Source: Moniliella sp. 'wahieum' | Taxonomy: Eukaryota | Direction: 5' to 3' | NCBI GenBank assembly: GCA_003971905.1 | Contig: RSEE01000092.1 | Location: forward strand, 124,001-188,000 | Length of the DNA stretch: 64,000 nt | Part shown: positions 60,114 to 64,000 of the stretch, one piece after another | How positions within the stretch are numbered: the first letter of the stretch is position 1 | How the letters are laid out: each line of letters begins with the position of its first letter | Position numbers and translations under genes: made by a program | Notes under the pieces: generated by a model | What the model saw: only the letters and a program-made list of their open reading frames with translations | Database searches by the model: none | What the model was told of the DNA's origin: nothing

Positions 60114-62910
60114 ATGGCCTCGCCCGGCCTCGACGTCGGCACGAGCGTGCTGATCGATGTTGCTGGGCGCGAGGGCGCGGTGTTGTGCGCTACGCTGGCC
60201 CTGTCGCGACCCGGACCGGATTCTGGATCGGGATTGAGCTCGACGCGCCTTCCACGCGCATGGGTCTGGGCCGCAACGACGGTGTGGCATTTGGCACGCG
60301 CTACTTCACCTGCCCAAGGGTGCTGGGCTCTTCCTTCCGCCCACACGTGTGCGTGCGCCCCGCCCCCTCGGCGCGACGTTGAGTCCAGCGCGGCCTTCGC
60401 CTTCCCCGCTCGGCACGCGGCTCACGCCTTCGCCTCGCCGCAGCGAGCTGCCACGGCCTCCTTCGCGCTCCAAGACCCCGACGCGGATCGCGTCGGCGTC
60501 CGTGTCGGTCTCAGCGTCGTCCGCATCAGCTTCTGCCCGCCGGCCACTCTCGCGTCCGACCGGCCCATCACACCGTCCACTCCACGGCCCACGAGCGCCG
60601 CTTCGGCCCACGCCTCTGCCGGCCGCACCTCGCCGCTACGTCGTCCGCGTCCCAGCGCGCTGATCCAACCCCGCGCCACCGGTTCTTCGCATGCGGCCAA
60701 ATCCGACGCCAGTTTGTTATCGCAACCCCGTCGACCCAGTACGTTGCCCAGTTCCGAGGCGCGATCCTTGTCCTCCAAAGCACGTAGGACCCATACCCCT
60801 CACCCCCCCGTGCCGAGCTCGACATGGACAACGCAAGACGGACGCGCGCCCTTGGCCCCGCTACCCCCGCCGCCGAGCCCCGAACGAATCCGCGCACTGG
60901 AATTGGCCGCGGCGGAGCGTAGCACGAGCCCAAGTAAACAGCGCGGACCAGAGTGCCCAACCTTCTTTACCGCACCGACCTCCGCCATCCCCCCTTCCCG
61001 CCTTGGCGTCCGAGAAAAGCCCGCGTACCTCTGCTCCGGTCCCCGAGCCAGTCCCGGACCAACACGTCCCCATCCATCCCCCCGCCCCCGCCCCGCACCC
61101 GCCCCCGAGCCCGGTGGCGAGCCCGTTCGGAACCCTATCGTGGCTAGCCCGCCACCGGCGTTGCCTCCTCTGCCTACGTCTTCCAATCCCCGCGTTCTGC
61201 CGGGCCGTCGAATTGGTTTGGACCGCGTCGGAGTGGAGCCGGCTCGCCGACGCGGGCGCGTACGCCCCATCCGGCCTGAGGACGCGCCGGTGGTGTCCCC
61301 GTCTGAAGCGAGGGGGCACGGTAGGAAGGCGCGGCTGGGAGTGCGCGGCGGAGGTGAGGGGTCGAAAGGGCAGAGGAATGGGATGGCGAGTTGGTGCGGA
61401 GCCAAACAGTGGCATTGTCAGTGTGCTACGGGGGTACGAGCAACTGAAGACGCGCTACCACGAGGCGACCACGACGTGCCGAACGTTGCACGAGCATCAC
61501 GAGCATGCGCTGGTGAGGAACGGGCGCGCTTTGACCGGGACCGAGCCAGGCTCGAGGCAGAGCAGAAAGCTACGGTGGAGACGTTGCAGGCTACTCTGAC
61601 CCAACGGGAACAGGCTTTGGAGGAACGGTACGAAGCACGCTTGCATGAGCTCGAGGAGAGTTACCGTACACGGCAGCGGGTTCGCGAGGAGGAATGGAAT
61701 CAACGTGAATTGGACTTGGTTGCTACCGCGACTGCGGCCGTTGAGCAAGAGCAAGAGCAAGAACGAGAGCAAGGGCAAGGGCAAGAGCAAGTGCAGGGAC
61801 ATCATCCTCAGCAGCAACAGGAGCGAGGCCAAGACCTGGGCCGGATGGACCTCTATCCCGGCCGGAGACAACTTCTTCTGTGGGAAGTGGGACAGCACGT
61901 GCCGTGTCGGCGGTAAGCACGGCGAGTGCACGAGTGCCGCGATGGATGTGGCGGCGCTAGAGTCGTGTGGACGCGCTCGAGTCGCGTTTGGCCCTTGCGC
62001 TGGCTGAGGCCGAACGGTTGCAGGAGGAAGTGGTGGTGTCGCGCGCTGCGGCCGAAAAGGCAGAGCGGCAGCTGCGTTGGCCCAAAGTGAAGCTGAGCAC
62101 CTCATGCTCGTTCGACGGTCGAGATTGAGGCTGAACGGGAGCGACGAAGTCAGTTGGAACGCGTGGTGCGTGGATTGGAAGGCGAATGCGAGCGGTATCG
62201 CCAACAGGTACGTTTTTTCGTTTCGTTCGTTTCTTTGTCTAGTGGTGGTGGTGGTGGCTGTTTTTCATGGCTGGAGAGGGGGGGGGGGTCCTCTCACGTG
62301 CGATGGGCTTCTGACATTTATCTTGTTTGGCAGTTGGAAGATGCGCAGCTGGATGGTCCTGATCACGGCCTCCAGCTTGGGGAATGAGTGGAATGAGTTG
62401 GACGTGCCAAATCCGACACACTGGGAGCGGCGCTGGAGCGAGCGCGACGTCAAGTGTCAGACGAGGCGCAGGATACGTGTGACGACTGTGGTGAACGGTA
62501 CGTGGCTTGCGTCTCTTTACTGTTTGCACTCACTCCGTGTGCAGTGGAACGAGGTGGGGAGCAGAAAAAAAGCTGACTCCAGATCAGAGGACATCGACTG
62601 GAAAATTGTCCGTATGCACAGGTATTTTGATCGTTCGATACGGGGTGAGTTGTTGCCGACCGGACCAAGTCCAAGCACCGAGGACGTAGTGCAGTGCGCA
62701 TGTGCTTTGGTCAAGGCCGTCGTTGGTCTCTTGCGGTGTGTTTCTTCAAGCCTCGCGCTTGTAATAGCTTGCAGCTTCACCTCCGTGGCTGCTGCCGGAC
62801 CCTGTGCGGGAGGAGGGGAGGCGTTGGCACTCCCGGCGTTATCGGCTATTTTCCTTCCTGTTTGTCGGGCTTTGCAGTCTCGGCCCCGTTTTCATGGGAC
62901 ACCGCGGTAG
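60114..62910 (+). CDS. CAP-Gly domain microtubule plus-end protein with C-terminal coiled coil (Bik1/CLIP-170 or dynactin p150-like); frameshifted, 3' end uncertain
   Basis: DVGTSVLIDVAGREGAV.RYAGPVATRTGFWIGIELD...GRNDGVAFGTRYFTC (CAP-Gly, GKNDG variant); Ser/Pro/Arg linker; coiled coil EERARFDRDRARLEAEQKATVETLQATL...; intron 62208-62333 (GTACGT...CTGAC...CAG). Confidence 0.75.
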
Positions 62911-64000
62911 AGAAATTCATCGGATTAGGAATCTGCAGTGCCTGTCTTCCCCTTCCTACTTAGTGGTGAGAGCAAGTGCTCGTAGCCTGGTATAATCGAT
63001 ACTGATGTATTATTGCTCAAACCGCTGCCTTCAGTGCCTCTGGCCGTGGCAGGGCGCGCGTGGGACCAGCGCTGAGCGAGGCCATAGGCAGGTTGGGCAC
63101 GGCATCATTGTACCACCCAATCGTGAACCAGTGTGGGGACAAATGGTGAATGCGCGTCCGTGCAGTGAAGACCCCAACGAGCGGACAGTGCACCGCGGGA
63201 CAAGACAAACAACTACCAATGGCTACCCCGGAGACACTACCACTGGGAGCTACAACGGGGGGAGGATGGCTCTGGTTGGATGAAATACGTCGCGCTGCGA
63301 CGGAAGGGGGCACTGGTCAGTGCTAGTCACCAGAGCTGGCCAGAACAAGCCAGAACAAGCCAAGAGGGCGGGACGGCAGGAGGGCAGGAGGGCAGGAGGG
63401 AAGGAGGGCACTAGGGATGGGACGGGACTACGACGACCACAGAGGGGAGGGGGTTCAGGTGTCGAAACTCCGAATCCAGAGATCCAGAGGTGGAGAGGTA
63501 GAATGGGAGATGGAATGGGCAATCACGATGGAGCTGCGATTGTATGTGGACGCAAGAGCAAGAAGAGCAGGAAGAGCAGGAGCAGGAGCACCACACCATC
63601 GTAAACCCAAGCCAGGGTAAAGCCAAAGAAGGCAACCCCCGGGGAAGGCAACTCCCCAGGGAAAGCAAAAAAAACTTAGACAAGGCCACCCCCCCCCCCA
63701 GGCGGAAGAAAACGCCAGAGAAAAGAGAAACAAATCATGTGCTTCTTTCAATCCAACCCTTGGACCCTCCACCCTCTACACTTGAGCCATGAGCCTTGAG
63801 CCTCGAGCCTTCCCCTTTGCACCTTCGTCGCTTGGCCCTTTAACCCTTGTTGGTTCACCAGGACCTAAGCGCACATCCAGCACCGAAGCAAAAGACGGGC
63901 GCTAGACGCGCACCCCCCCCCCACCCTCAACCTCGAGCCTCACTTCCCACACAACACCCCTCACCCTCACCGCGCCTGCTTGCTTTACCACCCCTCGGCT

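Overview
Eukaryotic DNA, most likely from a GC-rich, intron-poor basidiomycete fungus. Support: short GT-AG introns with CTRAC branch points, and a WC-1 lacking a GATA zinc finger. Ustilaginomycotina affinity is only an inference. Nearly every gene, including essential ones, carries 1-nt indels that look like uncorrected long-read assembly errors, so gene ends are approximate. The gene-dense part (1-47 kb) holds a Rab5/Ypt51 GTPase, a putative mitochondrial protein, QCR6, TSC2/tuberin, an S53 sedolisin, TFIIIA, an intron-containing tRNA-Lys(CTT), SPC24, CHO1, the WC-1 blue-light receptor, an Msn2-like C2H2 factor, RPL11 and mitochondrial SHMT. An island of decayed mobile DNA follows (about 47.5-57.7 kb), then a gag-like ORF without pol and a CAP-Gly/coiled-coil gene. 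Best leads: (1) a 2-nt micro-exon needed to restore the QCR6 frame; (2) a stand-alone coiled-coil plus capsid gag-like gene; (3) an unannotated ~370-nt structured-RNA candidate; (4) a tRNA with an aberrant D-arm/A-box directly upstream of TFIIIA; (5) pervasive 7-nt-period intergenic repeats.
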